Positions 36,506 to 45,328 of a stretch of 64,000 bases of DNA are shown here, in pieces. This DNA is from Candidatus Omnitrophota bacterium (GTDB taxonomy: Bacteria > Omnitrophota > Gorgyraeia > JABMRG01), in NCBI GenBank assembly GCA_041650035.1, contig JBAZLY010000003.1, positions 966 through 64,965 of the forward strand, in the 5' to 3' direction. Under the pieces are notes generated by a model. It did not search any database. It was not told where the DNA came from and was given only the letters and a program-made list of their open reading frames with translations. Each line of letters starts with the position of its first letter. The first letter of the stretch is position 1. The translations under genes were made by a program, and so were the position numbers.

Positions 36506-38212
36506 TTAACCCCTGTTGTTTATTTCCTGTTTTATCTTTTCAACAAAACGCCCAAGCGGACCCGGGCCCTCGTTGCCTTTTTCTCTACTCCAAACAGCGA
36601 CAGTCGATGCCAACTCCTCTTTCTGCCCGACAATTAACATATAGGGCACTTTATGGGCCCGGACCTCGCGTATTTTATAACCTATGGTCTCGTTGCGGCA
36701 GTCTGTCTTCACCCTAAATCCCTCGCCGGATAAAACAGCCGCTACTTTTTTAGCATAGACGTGTTGATTGTCGGTTATAGGAGCTATCCTTATCTGCTCC
36801 GGCGAAAGCCATAAAGGAAAGGCCCCTGCGTAATGTTCAATAAGAGCACCTATAAAACGTTCCATGGAACCCAATATGACCCTGTGTATCATGACGGGCC
36901 TTTTCCTGCTGCCATCCTGCGCGCTATACTCAAGCTTGAACCGCTCGGGCAGGGCGAAATCACACTGTATCGTAGCGCACTGCCATGACCTATCAAGAGC
37001 GTCTTTTAATTTTATGTCTATCTTAGGTCCGTAAAAAGCCCCGTCCGCCTTATTTATGCTATAGGGCATGCCTTTTTCATCAAGCGACTCTGACAAGGCT
37101 GATGTGGCCTGCTGCCAATCATGGTCAGTGCCTATAGATTTTTCCGGCCTGGTACTCAATTCAACAGTGAAGTCAAAAAAACCAAATACCTTCAGCGCGT
37201 AAACAACAAAATCCAATATGTCTTTGATCTCGGGCTTAAGCTGTTCGGGCAGACAGAATATATGAGCGTCATCCTGGGTAAAACCCCTTACACGCAACAG
37301 GCCGTGTAATACACCGCTCTTTTCATTGCGATATACGGTACCCAGCTCAAAAAACCTTAATGGCAGGTCGCGATAACTCCTTGTCTTTGAACCGTAGACT
37401 AATATGTGCCCTGGACAATTCATGGGTTTTACGGCGTATTCATCACCGTCTATGTTAAAGATATACATATTGTCTTTATAAAAACCGTAATGCCCTGACC
37501 GCACCCATATATCTGATTTATAAATATGCGGGCTCACGATAAGCTCATAACCTTTGGCGAGGTGTTCTTTTCTCTCCCAATCTTCTATTATAGTGCGCAG
37601 GAGCGCGCCTTTCGGCTGATAAATTATAAGTCCGGCACCGGCGTCAGCATCTGTCAGGTACAATTCGAGCTCTCGTCCCAATTTTCTGTGGTCGCGCTTC
37701 TTCGCTTCTTCAAGCCTATCCAAATATTGATCCAATTCCTTTTTGCTTAAGAATGCCGTTCCATAGATCCTCTGAAGCATCGGATTTCTTTCATTCCCTC
37801 TCCAATAAGCGCCCGCTATGCTTAATAATTTAAAAGCCTTTACGGCCCCTGTTGATTTAATATGAGGACCCTTGCACAAATCAAGAAAATCCCCATCCGC
37901 GTAAATAGTCACCTCATCGCCAGGGATCTCTTTTATCAATTCCAACTTATACGTCTCGCCCTTGAACAGTTCTCTTGCCCGGGTTTTATCTATGTTAGAG
38001 GCAATGAATTCATAATCCTTTTTTATTATCTCAGCCATCTTTGTCTCTATAGAGCCAAGATCCTCGGGCAAAAACGGACTCTGCTTATCAAAATCATAGT
38101 AAAACCCATCGGGTATGGCGGGGCCTATAGCCATCTTTGTGTCAGGCCATATTGCCTTTACCGCCTGCGCCATAATATGCGCCGTGCTGTGTCTTAATAT
38201 ATGTAAATCCAT
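36506..38212 (-). CDS. thrS: threonyl-tRNA synthetase (short form lacking the N-terminal TGS domain)
   Basis: 568 aa. It begins at the editing-domain motif MDLHILRHSTAHIMAQAVKAIWPDTKMAIGP, which aligns to about residue 66 of E. coli ThrS. The class II core and anticodon-binding domain are present. Confidence 0.9.
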   Translation of the reverse strand: MDLHILRHSTAHIMAQAVKAIWPDTKMAIGPAIPDGFYYDFDKQSPFLPEDLGSIETKMAEIIKKDYEFIASNIDKTRARELFKGETYKLELIKEIPGDEVTIYADGDFLDLCKGPHIKSTGAVKAFKLLSIAGAYWRGNERNPMLQRIYGTAFLSKKELDQYLDRLEEAKKRDHRKLGRELELYLTDADAGAGLIIYQPKGALLRTIIEDWERKEHLAKGYELIVSPHIYKSDIWVRSGHYGFYKDNMYIFNIDGDEYAVKPMNCPGHILVYGSKTRSYRDLPLRFFELGTVYRNEKSGVLHGLLRVRGFTQDDAHIFCLPEQLKPEIKDILDFVVYALKVFGFFDFTVELSTRPEKSIGTDHDWQQATSALSESLDEKGMPYSINKADGAFYGPKIDIKLKDALDRSWQCATIQCDFALPERFKLEYSAQDGSRKRPVMIHRVILGSMERFIGALIEHYAGAFPLWLSPEQIRIAPITDNQHVYAKKVAAVLSGEGFRVKTDCRNETIGYKIREVRAHKVPYMLIVGQKEELASTVAVWSREKGNEGPGPLGRFVEKIKQEINNRG

Positions 38213-38227
38213 TTTTTACCTTTTTTA

Positions 38228-38316
38228 TGGTGCCGGGAGCCGGACTTGAACCGGCACGGGTATTACTACCCATTGGATTTTAAGTCCAAGGCGTCTGCCA
38301 ATTCCGCCATCCCGGC
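38228..38316 (-). tRNA. tRNA-Leu (anticodon UAA)
   Basis: 89 nt, type II with a long variable arm. Acceptor GCCGGGA/UCCCGGC, anticodon stem-loop UUGGA-CUUAAAA-UCCAA, T-arm GCCGG-UUCAAGU-CCGGC, encoded CCA. It ends 16 nt upstream of thrS. Confidence 0.9.
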
Positions 38317-38337
38317 ACATTATGCCTTAGTATACAG

Positions 38338-38365
38338 AAAAAAATGTGCCTACTTCGGGCAGGCA
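38338..38365 (-). terminator. intrinsic terminator between a consensus promoter and tRNA-Leu
   Basis: Minus strand reads UGCCUGC-CCGAA-GUAGGCA, then CA and UUUUUUU. Confidence 0.55.
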
Positions 38366-38401
38366 TCTCTAAATACTCATTTTACGGGCTTATCTGTCCG
38401 T

Positions 38402-38430
38402 AATATATCAAAAAAAGTGCTTTTTGTCAA
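38402..38430 (-). promoter_or_regulatory. sigma70-type promoter (TTGACA-17-TATATT)
   Basis: Minus strand reads ctaTTGACAaaaagcactttttttgaTATATTa. It is about 85 nt upstream of tRNA-Leu. Confidence 0.65.
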
Positions 38431-38623
38431 TAGCAACTGCCTCCGGTATATTTGTTATATACTTTATAATATAGATAGTATAATTCAAACTGTATCTCTC
38501 GCCTAAACAATAGTAATAAATACCGCCAAAAATATAAAACAGCCAAAATCAACACAGACCTAATGGCCCCTGTTGACTTGAAGCTGTTTATCATATTTCC
38601 GGCATATTATATCTTGCCCTTAC

Positions 38624-39094
38624 TTAAGGGGTGACTTTAATAGGAGTACCCCGCGCACCCGCGTAGAAAACGATGATCTCTGCTGGCCCATCACCGTTAT
38701 TTTGGCCATAATGCCATCTATCCACAGTCTCAACGATCGCCGAGCCCTCTTTTAAGTGCAGGACTTTACTGTTCTCTGTTATAACAGTTAGTTCTCCCCG
38801 GATCATCACGCCGGCATTTATAACAGGGTGTTTGTGCAACGGCAACCGCGTCCCTTGCGGAATAATAATACGCAAAATGGTGATCTCCGGCGCACCATTA
38901 GGGTAAGGCGGCAAAGGGCTGCCATCCCAACTCGTTTGCGCTTTTGCCAGTTCTTCGGTAACAGTTTCAGCGGCTATTTCCGCAGCCATACAGGCGTCTG
39001 GCCTGCTGCAAAAAAACACACACAACAAGAACACGGCGGCTTTTACGGCTTGCTTATAGCGTTTGATGTGTAAGGGCTGTTTCATTACGGTCAT
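38624..39094 (-). CDS. secreted cupin-domain protein
   Basis: Signal-peptide-like [22 protein letters not shown]. Cupin core [21 protein letters not shown]...[11 protein letters not shown]. The ORF-track N-terminus ([15 protein letters not shown]) is a read-through of tRNA-Val and was trimmed. Start is 39094 or 39085. Confidence 0.6.
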   Translation of the reverse strand: MTVMKQPLHIKRYKQAVKAAVFLLCVFFCSRPDACMAAEIAAETVTEELAKAQTSWDGSPLPPYPNGAPEITILRIIIPQGTRLPLHKHPVINAGVMIRGELTVITENSKVLHLKEGSAIVETVDRWHYGQNNGDGPAEIIVFYAGARGTPIKVTP

Positions 39095-39112
39095 TTTAAA
39101 AAACAATTTGGG

Positions 39113-39189
<77 letters not shown>

Positions 39190-39206
39190 TTCACCTAATC
39201 TATTAC

Positions 39207-39234
39207 AATATAAACTATACCAAATTTACGTCAA
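39207..39234 (-). promoter_or_regulatory. sigma70-type promoter (TTGACG-16-TATATT) for tRNA-Val
   Basis: Minus strand reads cagcTTGACGtaaatttggtatagttTATATTgtaatag. The -35 overlaps the end of the MFS gene. Confidence 0.5.
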
Positions 39235-40465
39235 GCTGTAAAGCTTGTTTTTCTGCGCATGCCCTGCGATTTAAAATACGGGACATATCTATAACTGCTT
39301 GCCGCAACCCAAAAGACAAGCAGTGCGGACAACGCGGCAATCGCGCTGAAACTGACCCCCTTATCCAATAAAAAACCGAAGACCAGCGGGCCTATCGCTG
39401 TTGCTATAACGATAATCGTAACCAGGATTGCCCTGATACTGCCAACATGCCTCTGGCCGTACACCTCGGCAAGAAAGGCCGTATTAACTATATTGCTCAT
39501 CCCAATAGCGACACCTGACAGCGCCAAGTATACGAGCGCTGCGATCGGATGACTGAAAAATGTTATAACCAACAAAGCAAAAGCAAATGGGATTAGAAAA
39601 AGGGGCAAAAGCGTTACAGCGGAAAAACGATCAACAAGTCTTCCACCTATAACACAAAACACTGCGCGACATAGCGCGTAACCTATAAAACAAGCCGCGA
39701 GCCAGCCTATAGGCCACGCCTTTTCAGCGGCAAGGGCCTGCTGGTAGACAAAAAGCCCTGTTATCACGCAAGGCAATATGCTGACATTGGCAGAGACCAG
39801 AAAAAAACCCTTGCTTCTTAGAAGCGCGAAAGGACTAAACTCGGGCTCCTCCAAACCGGGATCGGTATTATCCGGAAAATATTGGAGATGTTTCTTGTTA
39901 AGCGCAAACCAAATAAACGGCATAAGCATACCACATATAATAACAGCGCATATCATCATCGAAGAACGCCAGCCCGCCAGTAAGATAAGCCTGTTATGAT
40001 AACAGGTAAAATACCTTCTCCAAAGGCATAACCGAGCACGGAAACACTCAAGGCCTTGCCGCGTTTATCGATAAAAAATTTTGCCATTGATGTGCTTGAG
40101 ATATGACTCAACAAACCCTGCCCGGCAAACCTTAAACCCCAGAGGCCTATAAACAAAACCACTATGTTACGTGACAGGGCAGTCGCGACACAGGAAAGGC
40201 AAAGCAGTCCTGATGATATCAAAGCATAAGTACGCAAATTATAATAATCAATAAACCGGCCCGCAAATGCCAGCGCAGCCGCGCTTAATATCGTAGCCGA
40301 GCTATAAAGAAGCCCAAAAGAGGCATTTGTCAAACAAAAATCCGCAAGGATAGAATTTACATATAATGAAAGAAAAAAAGTCTGTCCTGCACTTGAAAAA
40401 AGCGTCAATAAAAAACCGAACGATATAATACGTTTATTATCTAAAAACAATTTAATATATGTCAT
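39231..40465 (-). pseudogene. MFS transporter interrupted by a frameshift (two ORFs 39956..40483 and 39231..39959)
   Basis: The N-terminal half (TM1-6) ends ...GILPVIITGLSYWRAGVLR*. The other frame reads ...LILLAGWRSSMMICAVIIC..., giving the MFS-typical GWR after TM6. A single-base indel near 39985-39995 would restore one roughly 410-aa protein. Confidence 0.6.
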
Positions 40466-40569
40466 GGGACCAAACCGGATCAAATGTCACTTACTATAAA
40501 CGCCTCTACGTTTTGTCGAGATAAAAATAGATTGCATCTTTCGCGAAACCATCCGAGGCTATAAAAAAA

Positions 40570-40644
40570 TGGAGGCGGCAAGCGGATTCGAACCGCTGAA
40601 TAGTGGTTTTGCAGACCACTGCCTTACCACTTGGCTATGCCGCC
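40570..40644 (-). tRNA. tRNA-Cys (anticodon GCA)
   Basis: 75 nt. Acceptor GGCGGCA/UGCCGCC, U73 discriminator, anticodon stem-loop GUGGU-CUGCAAA-ACCAC, T-arm AGCGG-UUCGAAU-CCGCU, encoded CCA followed by a U-run. Confidence 0.9.
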
Positions 40645-40663
40645 ATAATAGACTTTAAAAACC

Positions 40664-41347
40664 TCAAGCAAGGGCGTCTCTATGCGCCGCGCCCAGGGTC
40701 TTTTTTTTATACCACATTCTTTGAATTTCATCAAGCAGGATATCGGCTATCTTACCCTTACTAACATTTTTAAAAAATAACTTATCTCCGCCAGGGCCAA
40801 GGATAACAACGCTTGTCGGCAAAGGTCCGAAAGGAGCCCCGGTTCCCGTTATCTTATTTGCTACCATAAAATCGGCATTCTTTGAAACCTGTTTCTGCCT
40901 CGCCCTCGCCAGAAGATCTTGCGTCTCCATGCAAAAACCCGCCAGGATTAGACCTTTTTTGTGCGCACCGGCCCATTCAAGGATATCAGGATTACGATCT
41001 AAAAATATGGCATTCGGCATATCTGCCTTTTTTATCTTTTGCCGCGCGCGTGAAACGGGACGGAAATCCGCTACCGCAGCCGCCATGATAAGACAATCCT
41101 TGCCCCTTATATGCCTCTTTACCCCGGTAAACATCTCCGTGGCTGTGTTAATATAAATCATCCTTACGCCTGCAGGCGGCTTTAAGCATACAGGCCCGCT
41201 TATCAGGGTAACCTCATGCCCGGCACGCACTGCCCTGCCGGCTATGGCATACCCCATACAGCCCGTCGAATGATTAGCGATAAAACGAACAGGATCTATT
41301 GCTTCACGAGTCGGGCCTGCCGTAACCAGCATTTTTAAGGGGGTCAT
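40664..41347 (-). CDS. coaB: phosphopantothenate-cysteine ligase (CoaB), encoded separately
   Basis: 227 aa with LVTAGPTREAIDPVRFIANHSTGCMGYAIA, as in the CoaB half of Dfp. ATGA overlap with coaC. Confidence 0.8.
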   Translation of the reverse strand: MTPLKMLVTAGPTREAIDPVRFIANHSTGCMGYAIAGRAVRAGHEVTLISGPVCLKPPAGVRMIYINTATEMFTGVKRHIRGKDCLIMAAAVADFRPVSRARQKIKKADMPNAIFLDRNPDILEWAGAHKKGLILAGFCMETQDLLARARQKQVSKNADFMVANKITGTGAPFGPLPTSVVILGPGGDKLFFKNVSKGKIADILLDEIQRMWYKKKTLGAAHRDALA

Positions 41348-41895
41348 TTTAGAAGGGCCTTGGCCTTGCGGATTATATCCTGGGTATGGGCGATATGGCC
41401 GATACCGGTTACCCCGCAGGCAAGATGCCCTGCGATCGGGCCTACAAAATGATATTTCAGTTTTTTTAATGCGCTAATGTTTGCTCGTAATATCGGATTA
41501 GTATACATAGCCTTATTCATTGCCGGGGCAAATAGCACCGGCGCGTTCGTGGAGGAAATAACGCAAGTTAATAATTCGTCACATATACCGCAAGCGGTCT
41601 TTGCTATAATATCAGCCGTTGCCGGCATCACAAGCACAAGATCCGTTTTTTCCGCAAGCGAAATATGCGTAGGCTCATAATCCTGCGCGGGCGTAAACAT
41701 ATCCTCAAACACCTTATTTCCCGATAGTGTCTGCAAGGTAAGAGGGGCAACAAAAAAACGCGCCCTATGGCTCATACAAACCAAAACACACCAGCCCGAT
41801 CTTCTCAAGGCGTTTATGACATCGCATACCTTGTACGCCGCTATACCGGCACATACACCTATCAAAACCGTGGGCTTATTCCTTCTGTCCCGCAT
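41344..41895 (-). CDS. coaC: phosphopantothenoylcysteine decarboxylase (CoaC flavoprotein), encoded separately
   Basis: 183 aa with VLIGVCAGIAAYKVCDVINALRR...PAMNKAMY..., as in the CoaC half of Dfp. Confidence 0.85.
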   Translation of the reverse strand: MRDRRNKPTVLIGVCAGIAAYKVCDVINALRRSGWCVLVCMSHRARFFVAPLTLQTLSGNKVFEDMFTPAQDYEPTHISLAEKTDLVLVMPATADIIAKTACGICDELLTCVISSTNAPVLFAPAMNKAMYTNPILRANISALKKLKYHFVGPIAGHLACGVTGIGHIAHTQDIIRKAKALLK

Positions 41896-42103
41896 CTTGC
41901 GCCTTACCCTTTTGTTTTTTAAAAGAGATTTTGCCGTCGGAAATCTCTTTTAACGCCGCTATCATCGCGTTATCAACCGGGTTTTGGCCCGTTTGCACTG
42001 AATTCGCGTTAATCTCTATCGCGCGCCTTGCGGCCATTACAACTAACTTATAAATACTGCCTGTCTTATCATATAAAGCTTCCAAACTGATATTTGACAC
42101 CAC
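41876..42103 (-). CDS. rpoZ: DNA-directed RNA polymerase omega subunit
   Basis: 75 aa with SIYKLVVMAARRAIEI. Synteny gmk-rpoZ-coaBC. Confidence 0.85.
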   Translation of the reverse strand: MVSNISLEALYDKTGSIYKLVVMAARRAIEINANSVQTGQNPVDNAMIAALKEISDGKISFKKQKGKAQDAGQKE

Positions 42104-42115
42104 CTTATGCTCCTC

Positions 42116-42730
42116 CTATGATATCTCGTGGTGAGAGGCTAATATTATACGCCTTAACTCACCGATAGCTGCGTTTATTTTATCGTTAATAACATAATAA
42201 TCATACAGACCTATGCACTGCAGTTCTTTTTTGGCAATAGAAAGCCGTTCGCGTATCTGTCGTTTCGTGTCGGTCAGACGGCATAAGAGCCGTTTTTGCA
42301 GAGCGGCCATAGACGGAGGAAGAATAAAGATCAACACGGCGCCCCGGTGCCTGCGCCTTATTTGCGCGGCACCCTGCACATCAATATTTAAAAGTATGTC
42401 ACGACCACTCGTAAGATTCGTTTCAATAAAACGTCTTGGGGTGCCGTAATAATTGCCGAAAACCTTGGCGTATTCCAAAAAACCCCCTTTTGACCTCATC
42501 CTCTCAAACCCCGGCACATTAGTAAAAAAATAATCCTTTCCGTCTTTTTCCTTGCCTCGGGCATCCCGCGTCGTAAAGGATATAGACCTGACAAGCCCTA
42601 TGCCCTGTTTCAATAATGCGTCGCATAAGGTTGTCTTCCCGCAGCCGGACGGGCCTGAAACCACAAAAAGCCTCCCCCTGCCGCGTATAGCGTCTCTTAC
42701 CGCCGCGGGGAATTGCTTACCCTTGCTCAC
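42116..42730 (-). CDS. gmk: guanylate kinase
   Basis: P-loop [26 protein letters not shown], and [12 protein letters not shown]. Confidence 0.95.
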   Translation of the reverse strand: MSKGKQFPAAVRDAIRGRGRLFVVSGPSGCGKTTLCDALLKQGIGLVRSISFTTRDARGKEKDGKDYFFTNVPGFERMRSKGGFLEYAKVFGNYYGTPRRFIETNLTSGRDILLNIDVQGAAQIRRRHRGAVLIFILPPSMAALQKRLLCRLTDTKRQIRERLSIAKKELQCIGLYDYYVINDKINAAIGELRRIILASHHEIS

Positions 42731-42978
42731 TTAAACCTCTGCGCTATGGTCACAGGCTGGACACTGGCCAATATCACATGATCGCTATCCGTAATAATGA
42801 CGGCACGCGTCCGCCGGCCGCTCGTAGCATCGATTAACTTCCCCTTCTGTCTCGCCTCTTCTTTCAGGCGTTTTATAGGCGCTGCCTCGGGGGATACTAT
42901 GGCTACTATCTTTTCCTTTACAACAGCGTTATTTAAGCCTAAATTAATCAGAGTTAAAAAATTTTTCTTATTCAACAT
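42727..42978 (-). CDS. remA: DUF370 / RemA-family regulator
   Basis: [65 protein letters not shown] is typical RemA. Start taken at MLNKK (42978). Confidence 0.8.
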   Translation of the reverse strand: MLNKKNFLTLINLGLNNAVVKEKIVAIVSPEAAPIKRLKEEARQKGKLIDATSGRRTRAVIITDSDHVILASVQPVTIAQRFK

Positions 42979-43849
42979 TCTGCACCTGTTCCCTGATTTT
43001 ATCAATATGGCTTTTGATTTTAATCACCTCACGCGCTATAGGAAAATCATTGGCCTTAGCGCCGATGGTGTTTATTTCTCTATGCATTTCCTGCGCAATA
43101 AAATCAAGCCTCCTGCCGGCCTCTCCGTTATGGAGCAGAACCTTCCTGAAGCCCGTTATGTGCGCAGCCAGTCTATGGGTCTCTTCTGTAATATCGCAAT
43201 TCCTGGCAAACGCCGCCGCGTCTTCCTCAAGGCGCTGCCTGTTCAAGGCGCGTGTGGTGCCCGCGATTTCTTTCACATTTTTTACCACTCTTTTTCTATA
43301 ATCATTGATAACCCGCGGCATACGAGTCCTAATCTTGCCAAGAGAAACCTCTATATCCTTAACCATGTTCCGGATAACTTTTTTTAGCATCTTGCCTTCA
43401 CGCGCCTTAGCCTCGCGCAAATCATCAACAGCGAGTATCGCCGCACGCCGTATGATAGGCCATAGGACGTTTACCTGCTCTTCCTGCGGCTTATACTCCA
43501 CAACACCGGGCAAGTTGATTATCTGGCTTATCTCTATCACCCCCTGGGCTTCCAAAAACCGTTTCAACGAAACAATCCTGTTGTAATATTGTTTGGCCAA
43601 TACCTTGTTGATATGAACCTCATCGGGGTGTTTGACGCGCGTGGTGTAAGTCAAAAAAAGGTTCAACCTGCCCCTGGCCACTTTTTTTTGGAGTATCTCG
43701 CGAATCCTGTCCTCAAACACGGAGAGAATGGGGGGTATTTTGCTTGTGACCTCAAGGAATTTATAGTTTACGCTTTTAATCTCTATCTTGACTGATCCCG
43801 GGCCGCCCGAGGCCTCACCCTTGCCAAAACCCGTCATACTAAGCAACAT
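42968..43849 (-). CDS. yicC: YicC-family stress-induced protein (TIGR00255)
   Basis: 293 aa with MTGFGKGEA... at the N-terminus and C-terminal [23 protein letters not shown]...IREQVQNVE. Confidence 0.85.
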   Translation of the reverse strand: MLLSMTGFGKGEASGGPGSVKIEIKSVNYKFLEVTSKIPPILSVFEDRIREILQKKVARGRLNLFLTYTTRVKHPDEVHINKVLAKQYYNRIVSLKRFLEAQGVIEISQIINLPGVVEYKPQEEQVNVLWPIIRRAAILAVDDLREAKAREGKMLKKVIRNMVKDIEVSLGKIRTRMPRVINDYRKRVVKNVKEIAGTTRALNRQRLEEDAAAFARNCDITEETHRLAAHITGFRKVLLHNGEAGRRLDFIAQEMHREINTIGAKANDFPIAREVIKIKSHIDKIREQVQNVE

Positions 43850-43897
43850 ATAACCTGCCTTTTGTTTTGAATTGTCTGCGAAAATAAGGATACGCGC

Positions 43898-44410
43898 TTA
43901 AGCCCAAACCCGTTCGCGGTTTACCGACTCTACCTGTTTTGTGGGATATAGGTCTACGATAATTTCTGAAGGATTAAACCACAGTTTGATCTCGCGCTCC
44001 GCGTCAGCTTGGTTAGCGGAGGCATGGATAACATTCTCATAAACACCCTTGGTGGTGATCCGCCCGTACTGGCCTCGGATGCTGACAGAGTCCGCTTCTT
44101 CCGGATTGGTGGCGCCGGCTATCTTGCGAATCTTATCAATAGCCCCCTCACCACAATACACCATAGCCATCACCTTACGCTTATCATGGAATTCACCTTG
44201 TATATATTTGATCAATTCCGCGAAAAAAGGTTTCTCTGCCAGGGCCCGATAATGAGCCTTGGCTATGTCCACGCTGACATTTGTTACGCGAGCAGCAACG
44301 ATGTCAAGTTTTGTTTCGGAAAGACGCGTAAGGATGTTACCTGTTAAAGACTTTTTCAGACCATCCGGCTTGATCAACACTAATGTGGCTTCAATCATTT
44401 GATTTCCCAT
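43898..44410 (-). CDS. ndk: nucleoside-diphosphate kinase (divergent, 170 aa)
   Basis: TLVLIKPDGLKK, GATNPEEADSVSIRGQYG, and NVIHASAN with the active-site His. Confidence 0.85.
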   Translation of the reverse strand: MGNQMIEATLVLIKPDGLKKSLTGNILTRLSETKLDIVAARVTNVSVDIAKAHYRALAEKPFFAELIKYIQGEFHDKRKVMAMVYCGEGAIDKIRKIAGATNPEEADSVSIRGQYGRITTKGVYENVIHASANQADAEREIKLWFNPSEIIVDLYPTKQVESVNRERVWA

Positions 44411-44425
44411 ATACTATATTGTTAT

Positions 44426-44453
44426 ATTATAATTACGTCGGACAAATTGTCAA
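44426..44453 (-). promoter_or_regulatory. consensus sigma70 promoter (TTGACA-16-TATAAT) 15 nt upstream of the ndk ATG
   Basis: Minus strand reads cccaTTGACAatttgtccgacgtaatTATAATataacaatatagtatATG. The -35 overlaps the parB stop. Confidence 0.65.
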
Positions 44454-45328
44454 TGGGTATTTTTTACCAGGTCAAGAATGCGGTTAAGATCATCGAGTGA
44501 ATAATAATCTATAACAATCTTTCCGCGCTTTTTTCTGTGTTGTATAACAACCTTTGTGCCTAAAATCTTTTCGAGCTCATCCTGCGCGGCCTGCGTATGA
44601 GGGTCGCTAACATTGTGATAGGGTTGTTGCTTGCGCGGCGCAGCATGAGGCCTGACCAAAAACTCAACCTCCCGGACAGACAATCCCTTCTGCACGATCT
44701 TCTCACATATTCTTGCCTGTTTATGTTTATCACCCACCGCGAGCAGGGCCCGCGCATGGCCCATCTGTATCAGATCCTCGGACAACAAGCGCTGTATCTC
44801 TTCCGGCAGATTAAGTAAGCGCAACGTGTTTGCCACAGACGCCCTGTCGCGGCCGATAGCCTGGGCGATTTGTTCCTGGGTAAAATTAAACTCGCCGCTC
44901 AATTTTTGATAAGCAAAGGCCTCTTCAATGGGGTTAAGGTCTTCCCTCTGTAAATTCTCTATCAAAGCCATTTCCATGGCGTTAAGGTCATCCACATCTT
45001 TGATAATAGCCGGTATAGCGGCCATGCCTAATACCTTTGCCGCCCGGAGACGCCTCTCTCCAGCTATCAATTCATAGCCTGAATCAGTGCGCCTGACAAG
45101 TACAGGCTGGACAACCCCCTTCTCTTTTATAGATAGAACGAGCTCATTGAGCTTGTCTTGTTTAAAAGCTGACCGCGGCTGATATTTGCCGGGCACGATA
45201 TCCGACACGTTCAAAATATGAACGCCTGCATTCTTATCCGCTGTCAATAAACCAAGATCGACATTACCCTCGGACGCATCCGGCATCAGGGCATCAAAAC
45301 CTCGACCTAAGGCTTTTCGCTTATCCAT
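44450..45328 (-). CDS. parB: chromosome partitioning protein ParB
   Basis: MDKRKALGRGFDALMP..., ParB box LIAGERRLRAAKVLG, and an HTH. Start taken at 45328; the ORF-track start is 45370. Confidence 0.9.
   Translation of the reverse strand: MDKRKALGRGFDALMPDASEGNVDLGLLTADKNAGVHILNVSDIVPGKYQPRSAFKQDKLNELVLSIKEKGVVQPVLVRRTDSGYELIAGERRLRAAKVLGMAAIPAIIKDVDDLNAMEMALIENLQREDLNPIEEAFAYQKLSGEFNFTQEQIAQAIGRDRASVANTLRLLNLPEEIQRLLSEDLIQMGHARALLAVGDKHKQARICEKIVQKGLSVREVEFLVRPHAAPRKQQPYHNVSDPHTQAAQDELEKILGTKVVIQHRKKRGKIVIDYYSLDDLNRILDLVKNTH

Noticed and set aside
33129-38227. Looked for T-box leaders upstream of pheS and thrS.
   Set aside because: pheS follows trkA with a 2-nt gap, and thrS follows tRNA-Leu with 16 nt. 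There is no room for a T-box of about 200 nt or more.
42797-43387. 196-aa plus-strand ORF.
   Set aside because: It is antisense to yicC and remA, both of which have strong family signatures.
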